Assembly (NCBI GenBank): GCA_944376825.1
Contig: CALWDY010000014.1
Span: 842-64,841 of the forward strand
Source of the DNA: an uncultured Clostridia bacterium
Lineage (GTDB): Bacteria; Bacillota; Clostridia; Christensenellales; UBA1242
Length of the DNA stretch: 64,000 nucleotides
Direction: 5' to 3'
This document shows positions 55,352-64,000 of the stretch, in pieces (position 1 is the first letter of the stretch; every line of letters starts with the position of its first letter). A program made the translations under genes and the position numbers. The notes under the pieces were generated by a model. That model made no database searches. It saw only the letters and a list, made by a program, of their open reading frames with translations, and was not told where the DNA came from.

Positions 55352-56116
55352 TTAAACCTTAGGTTTTTGAACACCTGCCCTGTCGATTGTGTAATTATCC
55401 TTATAAACTAAATCTCCAACAGATGTTACTGTATAGCCTTGCCCTTTTAATCTATCAAGTATCATTGGAAGTGCATCTAAAATATGGTCTGAATTATTAT
55501 GGCACAAAATAATAGAACCATTTTTTACATTATTTACTATCCTTGTGGTAATTTCCTTTGCACTGATTCCTTTCCAATCCAAAGAATCAACATCCCATTG
55601 AATTGAAATTAAGTTGAGTTCGTTAGACACTTCTATAACCGTATTATTGTATGCTCCAAAAGGTGCCCTAAACAATTCAACTTTTTTGTTTGTAATTTTT
55701 TCAATCATTTCATTGCATGTTGAAATTTCCATTTTTACCGCATCACGCGACAACTTTGTTAAATCAGGATGAGTGTTTGAATGGCCTCCAATTTCAAAAC
55801 CATTTTCGTTTATTTTTTTAACGATATCTGGATACTTATCCACCCAAAATCCCACTAAGAAAAATGTTGCACCTGCATTATATTCTTCGAGGGTTTGCAT
55901 TATTTTTTCCGTTTTGTCGGCACCCCACGATGCATCAAAACTAATTGCCACTTGTTTTTTGTCTGTTTCTACACTATACACCGGAACAAGTTTAGTGTTA
56001 TATCCAAAAAACACTTGTGCAGATGATGCACCATTAAAAGAAATTGCAAGAAGCACTGTAACAAGAAGCACTAATAGCACATATTTAATAGATTTTAATT
56101 TGACAACACAAAACAT
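55352..56116 (-). CDS. Polysaccharide deacetylase (NodB homology), membrane-anchored
   Basis: ..FDASWGADKT..ATFFLVGFW..GGHSNTHPDL..; start at MFCVVKLKSIKYVLLVLL with GAGG RBS (track start 56206 unsupported). Confidence 0.85.
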   Translation of the reverse strand: MFCVVKLKSIKYVLLVLLVTVLLAISFNGASSAQVFFGYNTKLVPVYSVETDKKQVAISFDASWGADKTEKIMQTLEEYNAGATFFLVGFWVDKYPDIVKKINENGFEIGGHSNTHPDLTKLSRDAVKMEISTCNEMIEKITNKKVELFRAPFGAYNNTVIEVSNELNLISIQWDVDSLDWKGISAKEITTRIVNNVKNGSIILCHNNSDHILDALPMILDRLKGQGYTVTSVGDLVYKDNYTIDRAGVQKPKV

Positions 56117-56348
56117 TAAAACCTCACTTTTAACTATAATCATTATATAAATATATTCAAATGCGATATTTTTATAATGAAATAATATATTGTTGTATTT
56201 TGTCAAAAATACTATATTAAGATTAAGATAAAAATATAACCTGTTTAAAACAATTTATATAAACATTTTTAAACTATACAAACAAAACGATATAACATTA
56301 AATAAAATTGAATATGTTATAGTTTTGATATGTGTAAACAAATAAAAA

Positions 56349-56547
56349 AGCCACAACAACAAAATTATGTGGTTTGCTTGCGAAGGTTGCAGTAATTATA
56401 TAAAAAATTCTTTTTATGTTTTATATTGATAAAGCAAAAAACAAAAAAAGCAAAAAGTTCGAAATCCTGACAATGGCCATTAGCAGAAGTGTAGTCCCCT
56501 ACATGACTTTGTGAGCAAGCCACATAGTAAATGCAGTTATTGTGTAC
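56349..56547. repeat. Copy 1 of a structured intergenic element (5' module 56349-56386, 99-nt AT-rich spacer, 3' module 56486-56547)
   Basis: 3' module is 55/62 identical to 56635-56696; 5' module AGCCACAA..TGTGG.TTGCT..CGAAGG parallels 56598-56636. Confidence 0.7.
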
Positions 56548-56597
56548 TATTTTTTTTCTTTTGTTTGTCGTTTTGTGCAAAAAGATAACAAAAAAAG

Positions 56598-56705
56598 AGC
56601 CACAAGAACAAGGCTCGTGTGGGTTGCTCACGAAGGAGTGTAGTTCCCTACATGACTTTGTGAGCATGCCACACAGTAAACGCAGTTATTGTGAGCTCTT
56701 TTTTT
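56598..56705. repeat. Copy 2 of the structured element (contiguous form), abutting the ppdK stop codon
   Basis: TGCTCAC..GTAG-TTCC-CTAC..GTGAGCA nested hairpin; hairpin+T-run on either strand at its two ends. Confidence 0.7.
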
Positions 56706-56706
56706 G

Positions 56707-59334
56707 TTATCTAGGATTTTTTATGTTAGCTTGTGCAGCAGCCAACCTTGCAATTGGCACACGATATGGTGAACAAGAAACATATGTCAACCCAACTCTA
56801 TGACAGAATTCAACCGATTGAGGGTCTCCACCATGTTCTCCACATATACCAAGTTTAATGTCTGGACGAGTGCTTCTTCCAAGTTTGCATGCCATATCAA
56901 CAAGTTTGCCAACACCAACTTGATCTAAGTGAGCAAATGGATCGCTGTCAAACAACTTTTTATCATAATATGCACCAAGGAATTTTCCTGCATCATCACG
57001 ACTAAATCCATATGTCATTTGTGTTAGGTCGTTTGTTCCAAACGAGAAAAATTCAGCAGTTTTTGCAATTTCATCAGCAGTAAGTGCTGCTCTTGGTATT
57101 TCTATCATTGTACCAATTTTATAAGTTAATGTTTCGCCACTTTCTTTAATTACAGCATCGGCAGTTTCTGCAACTATATTTCTTACATAGTTAAATTCTT
57201 TTGCTTCGCATGTAAGTGGAATCATTATTTCTGGATGGATGTCATATCCATCTTCTTTTTTAACAGTAAGTGCAGCTTCAATCACCGCTCTTGTTTGCAT
57301 TTTTGCAATTTCTGGATATGTTACAGCAAGTCTAAGTCCACGATGTCCCATCATTGGATTAAATTCATGCAAGCTTTGAACTGTGTTTTTAAGTTGTTCA
57401 AATGTTAATCCCATATCTTTTGCAAGGTCTTTAATTTCTTCATCTGTGTGTGGTAAAAATTCATGAAGTGGTGGATCCAAGAAACGGATTGTAACAGGTT
57501 GTCCTTTCATTGCTTTATACAAACCTATAAAGTCTTTTCTTTGCATTGGAAGGAGTTTAGAAAGTGCTTTTTCTCTTTCTTCAACAGTTGAAGATACAAT
57601 CATTTCTCTAACAGCTGGAATACGGTCAGCATCAAAGAACATATGCTCTGTTCTGCAAAGTCCAATTCCTTGTGCCCCAAAATTATAGGCAACTTGTGCA
57701 TCTTTTGGATTGTCTGCATTTGTTCTAACTTGAAGAGCTCTTCTTTCATCTGCCCATTTCATAATTGTTGCAAAATCGCCTGAAACAGAAGCAGGTTCGG
57801 TTTTAACAAGATTTCCATAAACATTTCCCGTTGAACCATCAATTGATATTTCATCGCCTTCATTAAATCTTTGACCTGCAATTGTGCAATAATGTTCTTC
57901 TTCGTTAACAACAAGTGCATTGCAACCTGCAACACATGCAGTTCCCATGCCCCTTGCAACAACTGCTGCGTGTGATGTCATTCCACCACGAGCTGTGAGC
58001 ACACCTTCACTAACAGCCATACCTTCTATGTCTTCTGGTGAAGTTTCAAGACGAACTAAAACTACTTTGTTTTTATTTGATGCAAGCTCCTTTGCTCTTT
58101 CTTCTGTAAACACAATTTTGCCAGCCGCAGCACCAGGAGATGCTGGAAGACCGTTTGCAATAACTTTGCTTGCCTTTAAATCTTTTTCGTTAAATTGTGG
58201 ATGGAGGAGTGCATCTAATTGTTTTGGATCAATCATAAGTAGTGCTTGATCTTGTGAAATTCTGCCTTCATTAACAAGGTCAACGGCAATTTTTAAAGCA
58301 GCGTGAGCTGTTCTTTTTCCGTTTCTTGTTTGAAGCATATAAAGTTTGCCTTTTTCTATTGTAAACTCCATATCTTGCATATCATTGTAGTGATCTTCAA
58401 GAGTTTTACAAATTTTTGTAAATTGTGCATATATTTCAGGATTTTGCGTTTCAAGAAGTGAAATTGGATTAGGAGTTCTAATGCCTGCAACAACATCTTC
58501 GCCTTGTGCGTTCATAAGATATTCGCCATACAATTTCTTTTCACCTGTTGATGGGTTTCTTGTAAATGCAACGCCTGTTCCGCTTGTTTCTCCCATGTTT
58601 CCAAACACCATTGTTTGTACATTTACAGCTGTTCCCCAACTTGATGGAATATCGTTCATTCTTCTATAATAATTTGCTCTTGGGTTATCCCATGATCTAA
58701 ACACGGCTTTAACTGCTTCTATTAGTTGATGAACTGGTTCTTGTGGGAATTCTTCTTTCATCTGTTCTTTATAAAAATCTTTAAATTTTTGAGCCATAAG
58801 TTTTAAATCATCGGCACTAAATTCTATATCAAGTTTAATACCTTTTTCTTCTTTCATTTGATCGATAATTCTTTCAAACTTAGATTTATCTAAACCCATT
58901 ACAACATCACTAAACATTTGAATAAATCTTCTATAACTATCGTAAGCAAATCTTGGATTGTTTGTAAGAGCAGAAAGTCCCTCAACAACTTCATCATTTA
59001 AACCCAAATTCAAAACTGTATCCATCATTCCAGGCATAGATGCTCTTGCGCCCGAACGAACAGAAACTAAAAGTGGATTATTTATATCACCAAATTTTTT
59101 ACCTGCAATTTCTTCAATCTTTTTAAGACCCTCTAAAATTTGGTCAATAACTTCTTGTGAAAGTTTTTTCCCATCATCATAATATTTTGTGCATGCCTCT
59201 GTTGTTACAGTAAAGCCTTGTGGAACAGGTAAACCTATATTTGTCATTTCTGCCAAATTTGCACCTTTGCCACCCAGAAGGTTACGCATGTTTGCATTTC
59301 CTTCGCTAAATAAATATACATATTTATTTGTCAT
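56707..59334 (-). CDS. ppdK: Pyruvate, phosphate dikinase
   Basis: 875 aa; MTNKYVYLFSEG..LGGKGANLAEM, phospho-His region GGMTSHAAVVARG, C-terminal PEP-utilising TIM barrel; AGGAGG 4 nt before ATG 59334. Confidence 0.95.
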   Translation of the reverse strand: MTNKYVYLFSEGNANMRNLLGGKGANLAEMTNIGLPVPQGFTVTTEACTKYYDDGKKLSQEVIDQILEGLKKIEEIAGKKFGDINNPLLVSVRSGARASMPGMMDTVLNLGLNDEVVEGLSALTNNPRFAYDSYRRFIQMFSDVVMGLDKSKFERIIDQMKEEKGIKLDIEFSADDLKLMAQKFKDFYKEQMKEEFPQEPVHQLIEAVKAVFRSWDNPRANYYRRMNDIPSSWGTAVNVQTMVFGNMGETSGTGVAFTRNPSTGEKKLYGEYLMNAQGEDVVAGIRTPNPISLLETQNPEIYAQFTKICKTLEDHYNDMQDMEFTIEKGKLYMLQTRNGKRTAHAALKIAVDLVNEGRISQDQALLMIDPKQLDALLHPQFNEKDLKASKVIANGLPASPGAAAGKIVFTEERAKELASNKNKVVLVRLETSPEDIEGMAVSEGVLTARGGMTSHAAVVARGMGTACVAGCNALVVNEEEHYCTIAGQRFNEGDEISIDGSTGNVYGNLVKTEPASVSGDFATIMKWADERRALQVRTNADNPKDAQVAYNFGAQGIGLCRTEHMFFDADRIPAVREMIVSSTVEEREKALSKLLPMQRKDFIGLYKAMKGQPVTIRFLDPPLHEFLPHTDEEIKDLAKDMGLTFEQLKNTVQSLHEFNPMMGHRGLRLAVTYPEIAKMQTRAVIEAALTVKKEDGYDIHPEIMIPLTCEAKEFNYVRNIVAETADAVIKESGETLTYKIGTMIEIPRAALTADEIAKTAEFFSFGTNDLTQMTYGFSRDDAGKFLGAYYDKKLFDSDPFAHLDQVGVGKLVDMACKLGRSTRPDIKLGICGEHGGDPQSVEFCHRVGLTYVSCSPYRVPIARLAAAQANIKNPR

Positions 59335-59419
59335 ATATCCTCCTAATTTTTTCAACTTTGTTAGTTTAAAACATTAAAAAAAAATAAGCAACTTTTTTTA
59401 ATTGCCTATATATATTTTT

Positions 59420-60130
59420 TTATAATAAATTTAATTTTTTATTAAATCTTCGTTCAAAATTGATATTTAGCACATTAAGTGCCTCATCTTCGCTTTTTAG
59501 AGCCAATTTAATTGTATTTAATTTGTCATAACTTGTTTCACTTAAAATTTTAAAACAACTATGACATCTTGCGGAAATTTCCATACAATTACCACTTTTA
59601 CAACCTGTGCATACAATTTCGCCAAAATCTAAGTTTAAATATCTTTTCCCAATAAACTTTTGGCCACAAGTTGAACATTTATCAAGTGCAAAACTATATC
59701 CCATACTTCTAAAAACTGCCAACAAAAATTTAACCAAAACATATTTATCATTTACTCCATTATAAGCAATAGCACCAATTGCTTTTAATGTTTCAATAAA
59801 CAATTCTATGTTTTTTTCACCTGGCACAACAATAGTTCTTATTGTGTCTAAAATTGCACATGCAATATAAAATTTATCTATATCTCTTGTAACATCAAAA
59901 AAATTATCTTCAACTTCTACACTTGTTATTATTTTTGATGGTAAACTTATTATAAATTCGCCAAAACAAAAAGGTTCTTTTGCAAATTTCATTTTTGCCT
60001 TTTGTGTTTTTACTGACTTCATTACAACTTGCATTATGCCATGCTCAATAGTAAAAAGCGTTACAAGCCTGTCCTTTTCTTTATAGTCGGCAGAAGAAAG
60101 CACTATGGCTTTAACTTTTATTGTATCCAA
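59420..60130 (-). CDS. recO: DNA repair protein RecO
   Basis: MDTIKVKAIVLSSADYKEKDRLVTLFT.., C-terminal CxxC..CxxC; era-yqzL-recO order. Confidence 0.9.
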   Translation of the reverse strand: MDTIKVKAIVLSSADYKEKDRLVTLFTIEHGIMQVVMKSVKTQKAKMKFAKEPFCFGEFIISLPSKIITSVEVEDNFFDVTRDIDKFYIACAILDTIRTIVVPGEKNIELFIETLKAIGAIAYNGVNDKYVLVKFLLAVFRSMGYSFALDKCSTCGQKFIGKRYLNLDFGEIVCTGCKSGNCMEISARCHSCFKILSETSYDKLNTIKLALKSEDEALNVLNINFERRFNKKLNLL

Positions 60131-60298
60131 TTATAACTCCATGGAATTCGATTGTTTGCTGTTTTCGTTAATTATTCTATCAAGAGTTGCATCTTTTGTA
60201 TGTTGCACGGCAAAATAAAGCCTATAAACATTTATATTTCCTGTTTGACTAAACAAATCCCATAACATTTTAGCCTTTGGTGATGCAAAATTGTCCAT
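60131..60298 (-). CDS. yqzL: YqzL-family small protein
   Basis: MDNFASPKAKMLWDLFSQTGNINVYRLYFAV.. (W..F..TG.I..Y.LY signature); GGAGG 5 nt upstream of ATG 60298; sits between era and recO as in B. subtilis. Confidence 0.7.
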   Translation of the reverse strand: MDNFASPKAKMLWDLFSQTGNINVYRLYFAVQHTKDATLDRIINENSKQSNSMEL

Positions 60299-60394
60299 GC
60301 TCTCCTCCATACTGTAAATTTTTCTCTTGCTTTGTGCCGACACTTTCTTTTAACAATATTATACAACTATTATATGCAAAAACAAACAAAAAAT

Positions 60395-61303
60395 TTACAA
60401 CTCTTCTTTTTTATAACCAAACTCTTTTAAATAATTTTTGCTGTCTCTCCAATTTTTCTTGGTTTTTACAAAAAGTTTTAAAAGAACTTTTTTGTCAACC
60501 AGCTTTTCTATATCCAACCTTGCTTTTTCGCCAATTGTTTTTAGCTTGTTTCCTTTTTTGCCTATTATTATGCTTTTGTGGCTATCTCTTTCACATACAA
60601 TATCCGCTTCAACAACAACGATGTTTGGTTTTTCTTCAAAATTTACTATGTTTATGTTTATCCCATGTGGAATTTCTTGCTCTAAATAATAAAGCGTTTT
60701 TTCTCTAATTATTTCTGCAACCAAAAAATTTAAAGATTTGTCGGTATAATAATCATCTTCAAACATAAAATTTTTTTCTTTTTCAGCTGGCAAATAATTT
60801 AACACTGTTTTCAACAACTCTGTTGTGTTTTTATTTTTAAAACTTGAAATAGGAACTATTTCATCAATTTCTTTAATGTCACTTAATTGTGATATAGTTA
60901 AAAGCACATTTTCATGTTTTACAAGATCTATTTTACTTAAGCAAACAATAAGTGGAACCTGATTTTTTTCTTTTAAATTTTTAATGTAGTCAATTTCATC
61001 ATCACTTATTTTTTTTGTAACATCAATTAAATATAAAATAACATTTGCACCACCAATTGCGCTTCTAACATTTTTCATCATAAATTTGTCTAGTGCATTT
61101 TTACTTTTATGAATACCCGGAGTGTCCACTAAAATTAGTTGATAATTTTCTTTTGTAATTATTCCCAAAATATTATTTCTTGTTGTTTGAGGTTTTGAAG
61201 AAACAATTGCAACTTTTTCCCCAACCAAACAATTAACCAAAGTACTTTTCCCAGCATTTGGTTTTCCAAGAATTGCAACATATCCACATTTATATTCCAT
61301 CAT
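60395..61303 (-). CDS. era: GTPase Era
   Basis: GYVAILGKPNAGKSTLVN, DTPG, KH domain C-terminus. Confidence 0.95.
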   Translation of the reverse strand: MMEYKCGYVAILGKPNAGKSTLVNCLVGEKVAIVSSKPQTTRNNILGIITKENYQLILVDTPGIHKSKNALDKFMMKNVRSAIGGANVILYLIDVTKKISDDEIDYIKNLKEKNQVPLIVCLSKIDLVKHENVLLTISQLSDIKEIDEIVPISSFKNKNTTELLKTVLNYLPAEKEKNFMFEDDYYTDKSLNFLVAEIIREKTLYYLEQEIPHGININIVNFEEKPNIVVVEADIVCERDSHKSIIIGKKGNKLKTIGEKARLDIEKLVDKKVLLKLFVKTKKNWRDSKNYLKEFGYKKEEL

Positions 61304-61758
61304 CTCTCCACTTGTGACTTTTTTAAAATTTTATCTTGAAGATTAAACATAACTATCTCATCTTGTTTTTCAATATGGTCAAAACCTAAAACATGCAAAA
61401 ACCCATGAAGTGCCAAAAAACAAACCTCTCTTTCTACGCTATGTCCAAATTCTTTTGCTTGCATAATTGCCTTAGATTTACAAATGACAATATCCCCAAG
61501 GTCTGTAAAAATATTTTCGTCAAGCATTTCGCCGTCATGCAGTTCGTTGTTTTCAAGGAGCGGAAAACTTAAAACATCAGTAACCCTATCAACTTTTCTA
61601 AATTCATTGTTCATTTGTTTGATTTTATCTTTTCCAACAATAGTAACATTAACAGAAATGTTATTTTTGGTGTTTGTTTCTTTTTGTGCAATACTAAAAA
61701 TTTCCGTTATTTTTTCTTTTAAAAGTTCATTTCTTAAATTGTTAAAATTTACAATCAT
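61300..61758 (-). CDS. ybeY: rRNA maturation RNase YbeY
   Basis: HGFLHVLGFDH metal site; 152 aa; overlaps era start. Confidence 0.93.
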   Translation of the reverse strand: MIVNFNNLRNELLKEKITEIFSIAQKETNTKNNISVNVTIVGKDKIKQMNNEFRKVDRVTDVLSFPLLENNELHDGEMLDENIFTDLGDIVICKSKAIMQAKEFGHSVEREVCFLALHGFLHVLGFDHIEKQDEIVMFNLQDKILKKSQVER

Positions 61759-61766
61759 AAATCCTT

Positions 61767-62879
61767 CTAAGTTATAAGTTTATTAAGTGTTATTGTGTAA
61801 ATTATTGTATTTGTTTCGCCTTGTTTATTTATCACATAACTCTCATCTTTTATTATGTCATATTCTTTAACATTTAGCAATGACATTTGCCTTGTTTTCT
61901 CAATATATTTATCTTTATTTTCTTCAAAATTTGTATCAAATTCTTCAAAAACAAATTCATAATAATTTGTATATTTTATTTTTATTGGCAAAATGCAATT
62001 TGAAAGATAACATTCTTTCTCTTCTATTTCATAATCCACAAAAGCAATTTCTTTGTTTGTACTATATAAATTTATCCCCATAAAAGATATCGAATAGTTT
62101 GAAACAATGTTATTGGTTTTTATTTTTTTAATTTCTTTATCTTTCACTTCAAGTCTAGTAGTTATCCAAACATCACATGTTATGTCAGCAAGGGGTTGAA
62201 CGCTTAACATAGTACCATCATCATTTAATACATATGGAAAAACAAGCACATCCCCAAGTTTAACAATATCTCCAACTTTTACAGCACTAGTTCCCTGAAT
62301 TAATTTAATTGATGTTACTTTTCCATCGTATTTTGCAACAAGTGGCTGAAAAGTTCCAATGTTTACAATTTCGTTGTTGGTAAGTTGTTCTTTAATATTT
62401 AAAATAAGCGCATTACCTTTTATTATTACACTTGCATAACTAACATACTTTATTTCTTCAAGTTCTTTTTCTAAACTTTTTACATCAATAGAAGATTTTA
62501 AAGACCACTTATTAATATTGTGCTTTTCAAGTACTTGCATAATTTGATTAGATGTTATTGATAAGTTTCCAACAATTAGCACATCGCTTATAAAAAAAGT
62601 TGATAATATGTATAAAGCCAAAGAAACAGCAATTCCAATAATAATACCCAAACTAGAAACATTTTTTAAATGCTTTGCTAGTCCAAAATAAGATTTAGAC
62701 TTTATGTTGTAACCAAATTGCTTCAATATTTTTTCTATTTGTTTTTTGTTTTTAGATTTACAAAAAAAAGTGCAACTTTTGTCATCTTTCTTTATGTCAA
62801 AAATATCAAACTCTAAAATAAGTTTGTTAATAAGTTTTTCAGTGTTTAATGATGGAATTTCAAATTTATATTGTTTCAC
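61767..62879 (-). CDS. yqfD: Sporulation protein YqfD
   Basis: 370 aa, single central TM, position after yqfC and before ybeY as in Bacillus/Clostridium. Confidence 0.75.
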   Translation of the reverse strand: MKQYKFEIPSLNTEKLINKLILEFDIFDIKKDDKSCTFFCKSKNKKQIEKILKQFGYNIKSKSYFGLAKHLKNVSSLGIIIGIAVSLALYILSTFFISDVLIVGNLSITSNQIMQVLEKHNINKWSLKSSIDVKSLEKELEEIKYVSYASVIIKGNALILNIKEQLTNNEIVNIGTFQPLVAKYDGKVTSIKLIQGTSAVKVGDIVKLGDVLVFPYVLNDDGTMLSVQPLADITCDVWITTRLEVKDKEIKKIKTNNIVSNYSISFMGINLYSTNKEIAFVDYEIEEKECYLSNCILPIKIKYTNYYEFVFEEFDTNFEENKDKYIEKTRQMSLLNVKEYDIIKDESYVINKQGETNTIIYTITLNKLIT

Positions 62880-63139
62880 TAATAACTCTCTATTTCCTTT
62901 ATTTCACCGACAATCACCGCAGTCGAGTGAGAAATCCTTTTTATTTGCAAATGTTTTCCAATAACGCACAAAACGCCTTTTTTTACACGAATTGATATAT
63001 TTTCCTTGGATATAGAAATTACACCCTTGTGCCCTTCGATATATACAAGTTTATTTGACATATTTATTATATTGAACGAATTTATAAAATTTGTTTCCAA
63101 TCCATAATCGCCAATAATTTCATTAAAAAAATTAAACAC
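62879..63139 (-). CDS. yqfC: Sporulation protein YqfC
   Basis: 86 aa; ..LVYIEGHKGVISISKENISIRVKKGVLCVIGKHLQIKRI..VIVGEIKEIES; overlaps yqfD start. Confidence 0.75.
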   Translation of the reverse strand: MFNFFNEIIGDYGLETNFINSFNIINMSNKLVYIEGHKGVISISKENISIRVKKGVLCVIGKHLQIKRISHSTAVIVGEIKEIESY

Positions 63140-63188
63140 GCATACCTCCTAATATTTGTATGCGTGTTTTATTTATTATAAAACTTAT

Positions 63189-63710
63189 TTAATAATCTTT
63201 TTTCTTTAAAACATCACTAATAAGCAATGCTTTAAGTTCTGGTGGCAAATCTTGAATTTGCTTTGATATGCTTGGTTTTTCATTTTCAAACAACATAAAA
63301 TCATCAACACTAGAATCAACTGTTTCTTCTTCATCTTGCAAGTCTTCAACTTCAACATCTATATTTTCAATAGACTTAATTGCTCCATGCAGTCTTCCAC
63401 CTTTGTTTTCTTTTTTTGATTCAAGTTCTTTAAGCTCTTGTTCGTTTGCATTTACAAAATCATAAACCTCGTATTTAATGTTGTTGTTTGATTGTTCTCT
63501 TTTAATATTGTCAACTTTTGTTGAGGAATATTCTTCTTCAACATAACTTAGTCCCATATCATTTAAAGAAGTTTCAACCTTTTTGGGTTTTTCTTCTTTT
63601 TCTTTTGGTTTAATGTTTTTTTTAGCAAACAAACCCTTAATTTTTTGAAAGTTTAAACAAATAACAACAACCACAAAAACTATAACACATATTATGATAA
63701 ATGCAGTCAT
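63189..63710 (-). CDS. Membrane-anchored acidic protein in the yqfB position
   Basis: N-terminal TM MTAFIIICVIVFVVVVICL, then Lys/Glu-rich low-complexity; between floA and yqfC. Confidence 0.55.
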   Translation of the reverse strand: MTAFIIICVIVFVVVVICLNFQKIKGLFAKKNIKPKEKEEKPKKVETSLNDMGLSYVEEEYSSTKVDNIKREQSNNNIKYEVYDFVNANEQELKELESKKENKGGRLHGAIKSIENIDVEVEDLQDEEETVDSSVDDFMLFENEKPSISKQIQDLPPELKALLISDVLKKKDY

Positions 63711-63721
63711 ATGTTCTCCTT

Positions 63722-64000
63722 TTAAAATTTAGGTGGTTTTTTATTGTTTGTGTTATTTGGATCAATTCCTGCAATCGCGTTGCGCATAGCCGTATCTGAT
63801 GTTAAATTTTGAATCTTGTAATAATCCATAACGCCCATTTTACCATTTCTTATTGCTTCGGCCATTGCCTTTGGAACTTCTGCTTGTGCAGCAAGAACCA
63901 TTGCTTGCATTTCTTGGGTTTTTGCTTTCATTTCTTGCTCATGTGCGGCAGCCATCGCTCTTCTTTCTTCGGCTTCTGCTTGTGCAATAACTTTTTTTGC
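63722..64000 (-). CDS. floA: Flotillin-like protein FloA (YqfA), C-terminal part; gene starts beyond the right edge
   Basis: ..[60 protein letters not shown]..; open frame continues to position 64000. Confidence 0.8.
   Translation of the reverse strand, partial: AKKVIAQAEAEERRAMAAAHEQEMKAKTQEMQAMVLAAQAEVPKAMAEAIRNGKMGVMDYYKIQNLTSDTAMRNAIAGIDPNNTNNKKPPKF

Noticed and set aside
56455-56480. GTTCGAAATCC...TGGCCA, reminiscent of a tRNA T-loop and CCA end
   Set aside because: The flanking bases cannot form a T-stem, acceptor stem or anticodon arm, and the surrounding ~75 nt give no cloverleaf.
56620-56670. Hairpin with GGAA tetraloop and internal loops resembling SRP RNA domain IV
   Set aside because: The 3' side lacks the conserved AGCA/GCA symmetric-loop residues of 4.5S/scRNA. 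The element is duplicated, which would be odd for SRP RNA.
56349-56705. Possible CRISPR array
   Set aside because: There are only two imperfect copies of about 62-100 nt, with unequal spacing and no cas genes in the window. The repeat length and structure are not CRISPR-like.
56365-56803. 100-aa (-) and 90-aa (+) ORFs between the deacetylase gene and ppdK
   Set aside because: Both run through the duplicated structured element. Their internally repeated peptide segments are just the DNA repeat translated. They have no RBS, and the plus-strand ORF also overlaps the ppdK 3' end.

Overview
This is a very AT-rich, densely packed bacterial chromosome segment, and nearly every gene sits on the minus strand; only nifJ, fba and one DUF1540 gene are on the plus strand. 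Gene content points to a low-GC, spore-forming Firmicute of the Clostridia type. The evidence is the floA-yqfB-yqfC-yqfD-ybeY-era-yqzL-recO block, a DUF1540 gene, a YjcZ-like micro-protein, and an rplI-yycJ-htrA arrangement.

The core of the window (21.3-36.9 kb) is a complete S10-spc-alpha ribosomal super-operon, running rpsJ...rplQ. It includes secY, adk, map, infA, rpmJ (missing from the ORF track) and rpoA. Other housekeeping genes are:
- rplM (partial, missing from the track) and truA
- nifJ (PFOR), tkt, hflX and fba
- tadA and rlmH
- tig-clpP-clpX
- ppdK

Accessory or unusual content:
1. A four-gene cluster at 37.5-41.9 kb holds two greatly enlarged archaeal/ER-type (SipW-like) signal peptidases and two small paralogous exported beta-rich proteins. 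It sits directly upstream of the S10 promoter and is my best candidate for an undescribed matrix or fibre export module.
2. An orphan VirB3-VirB4 fusion ATPase, flanked by two unrecognisable proteins, is wedged right after rplQ.
3. A 1109-aa repeat-rich surface protein lies next to a 67-aa Cys/Gly-rich double-hydrophobic micro-protein.
4. A CYTH / uridine-kinase-like / CYTH locus.
5. Tandem CPBP proteases.
6. A duplicated structured element sits 3' of ppdK, and a nested multi-hairpin lies in the rplI 5' region.

Two window-wide patterns stand out:
- Many non-ribosomal genes have a sigma-A-like -10 box 6-7 nt from the ATG and no Shine-Dalgarno, which is a leaderless architecture.
- Four single-base frameshifts all fall in A/T homopolymers and all in accessory genes.

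I found no rRNA, tRNA, CRISPR array, transposase or integrase. All calls rest on reading the translations and sequence by eye; no database search was possible.
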